Assembly: GCF_002571385.2 (NCBI RefSeq)
Contig: NW_019217791.1
Span: 1,389,762 to 1,453,761 of the forward strand
Direction: 5' to 3'
DNA length: 64,000 nucleotides
Origin: Stylophora pistillata
Lineage: Eukaryota
The position numbers were made by a program, and so were the translations under genes. The stretch's first letter is position 1, and the number at the start of each line of letters is the position of its first letter. The notes under the pieces are model-generated. The model saw only the letters and a program-made list of their open reading frames with translations, did no database searches and was not told the origin of the DNA. Shown here piece after piece: positions 61,791 through 64,000 of this stretch.

Positions 61791-63167
61791 TCATTATCCA
61801 CCCCCTTTTACATACAGAGCTCTCTATCAACTGTGATTACATGTGATAACAATACAGATTATTAATTTATCATTACAAGATGATTTCATATCAAGAGGGT
61901 ATATATAACTAGGGTGATTTATGAAGTATTATCTATATAAATATTTTCTGATAGATACTTTTGTAGAAAATAAAATAAAAAACAGCCAAATGGGGATCAA
62001 GTTAATTGTTATCGCTGTTAATTGCAAACTAAAAAGCCGGTAGAATCTGTTTGTTGGAATGTCACGCAACCCCCCTTGCGTGACTTCCAAGAAAACAGCT
62101 GCACTTACGAGACACGGAGGGTGTGTATTACGCGGAGAGCTATTTTGATGACACATATTATGCAAGGCGAATAGTCTCCTTCGATTTGTCACGTAATACG
62201 CTTTAAAACACTTAGCGTGACGCGGCAAAACAAATAGCTGCAAAGATGACACATGGCGAGCAGAATTCACCAGAACGTCATTTGTTCTAAGAGATTTGTC
62301 TGTACCCATCCTAAAAAACCCAATCAGATTACTTCTGCACCTTATACACCTTTATAATCCTTGAAATGACCGATTCAAATGTTCAAAACTATTTATCTGC
62401 TGTGGAATGTTTGTGGCCCAGTTTGAGATAATATGTTTATGTTTTCTTTTTAACATCACTGAAAGTTCAAAACTCTTCGTATTTAATAACTGACACATCT
62501 AATTGTTTTGTTAATTATTCGTTGCGCTTTACCTCTTTCGGGTCTCCAATGTTTTGGTTAACAGATGTTATCTTTATGGTTAATTGAACGACGCCCAAAA
62601 TACAAGGCTTGCCAGCTTTGCAATTTTTGCAATTCTTTGCAACATTACTTTTCACTCGACAAACCTCGAAAGTTCTCCATTGACGTAAGGTTTCGATGTA
62701 CGGTTTGCACTTCTTAAAAGAATATTACCCTCAAATGTTTCAAGTTTTTTTTTCACATTTAATCCACTTAAACTTCGACCATTCTCGCCTCTACTCTGTT
62801 AATAAGAACTTCGCTATTTCTTGTGTTTCTCCTTGCTTATGTTTTACAGTCTCAATCTTATTTGATGACAGTTTCGCAAGGAATGGAATTTTAATGTCAG
62901 CCTAAGGAAATGTTTCACCCTCAAGTAAAACTAAATTAAAAATGTTTCAGTTTCGTGAACACTTTTTCTTTCTTGAGAAAATTGCCCCACTATCCCGACC
63001 CATGGTATGGTACTTGACCACTGACGCGCTCCAAGACGTCCACTCCCTGTTCATACCTGGATTTCCTTGTCTACATAAGTGATTCTATTCACGTCTGATC
63101 TGTGTCAAACGCTAACACTCATCCGGGCGCAATCACAACCTACCTTCACACTTCTCTGACCGCCGAG

Positions 63168-63414
63168 ATGGCCCAACCAACTCAAGAGGAGATGGACGGT
63201 TTGTATATAATTCTAAATATCAACAATGTTGAACACAACAAAACACAATTATAAATCTTGCGCAAATATTTTCACGTAGAGTACAAAGACGCGTTCGCGT
63301 TATTTGACAGCGAAGGCGAAGGCAAGATTGAGTCGGACCAGATCGGTTGCCTGCTTCGCTCTTTAAACCTCAACCCGGATGATGAAGACATTGTGAAGAT
63401 TGAAAAAGACGTGG
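63168..63414 (+). CDS. Second myosin essential light chain paralogue, 5' part (exons 63168-63198, 63280-63414; continues beyond the window)
   Basis: MAQPTQEEMDE|YKDAFALFDSEGEGKIESDQIGCLLRSLNLNPDDEDIVKIEKDV G|gtgagt; intron positions match the upstream gene. Confidence 0.85.
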
Positions 63415-64000
63415 GTGAGTTTTGAAGGATTTTTATCGCGCAATTACGATCTGATCTTTGAATTTCTATTTATTGATCGATATTCAGAAGTTATCTTCTT
63501 TGATTCACGTTAAATACCGGTCGGGGGTCTTTTGTTCTATGAGAGACAACAATGCCATCGTTTGGTCAATAAGAGTTGTTTTATCAATTTGGTAAATTAA
63601 AAGTTTATTTCTAGAGTCTGCGACACATAACAAGCAAATTTTAAGAATTGTTGAGATAAGCGCAGAGAATGAGTCAAACAGATGTTGCGTTACGGTTTAA
63701 CTTCAACTATTTAATAGACATGTTTGAGGTTAAGCCTTTTAAAGCTGATTTATCTCATCTTTTGTCAAGCTGGCATCCCATGTCGAGCGATTAACTATTT
63801 CTGTGGGTATTTTTCCACACGCGAGTAAAATAAATAGTAGTCTTTTTAATTGATGTCTGACAGTTAGAACCATTTCACTTCGTACATGCATCATCGGGAT
63901 AGGGAAACAATTTGAAAAAATCGAAGCTCCGAAAACAGACACAGGTGAAAATGGGGTTCAAGTAACTAGATATAAGGCCCTTTCATTATACACATTGTAA

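Noticed and set aside
63945-64000. Possible next exon of the second light chain
   Set aside because: Follows an AG but the translation does not match the expected EF-hand segment; window ends.

Overview
Eukaryotic (animal) genomic DNA, AT-rich, with spliceosomal introns; the repeat families and gene content look like a stony coral or other anthozoan (inference, not database-confirmed). The window holds: (i) a tandem cluster of seven type-B carboxylesterase/cholinesterase-like genes (2 intronless, 5 with one shared phase-2 intron) plus a near-identical duplicate exon; one has its catalytic Ser codon replaced by Arg; (ii) a scrambled, probably pseudogenised adhesion GPCR, largely invisible in the ORF track (LRRNT, GPS motif HL|T, TM1, TM2 and ECL2 exons), whose TM2 exon is locally inverted and whose GPS contig appears mis-scaffolded; (iii) a TSPAN13/31-type tetraspanin with a U12-type intron; (iv) a complete myosin essential light chain gene and the start of a tandem paralogue; (v) many MITE/foldback elements, tRNA-derived repeats including a 2.7-kb inverted tandem array, and three copies of a Penelope-type element carrying a minimal type I hammerhead ribozyme. 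Caveat: from about 23.08 to 55.4 kb the + strand is overwritten by 7-nt poly-A blocks on a strict 61-nt grid. This is a data-processing artefact that creates false stops and Lys/Phe runs. Two N gaps and several single-N joins mark assembly breaks.
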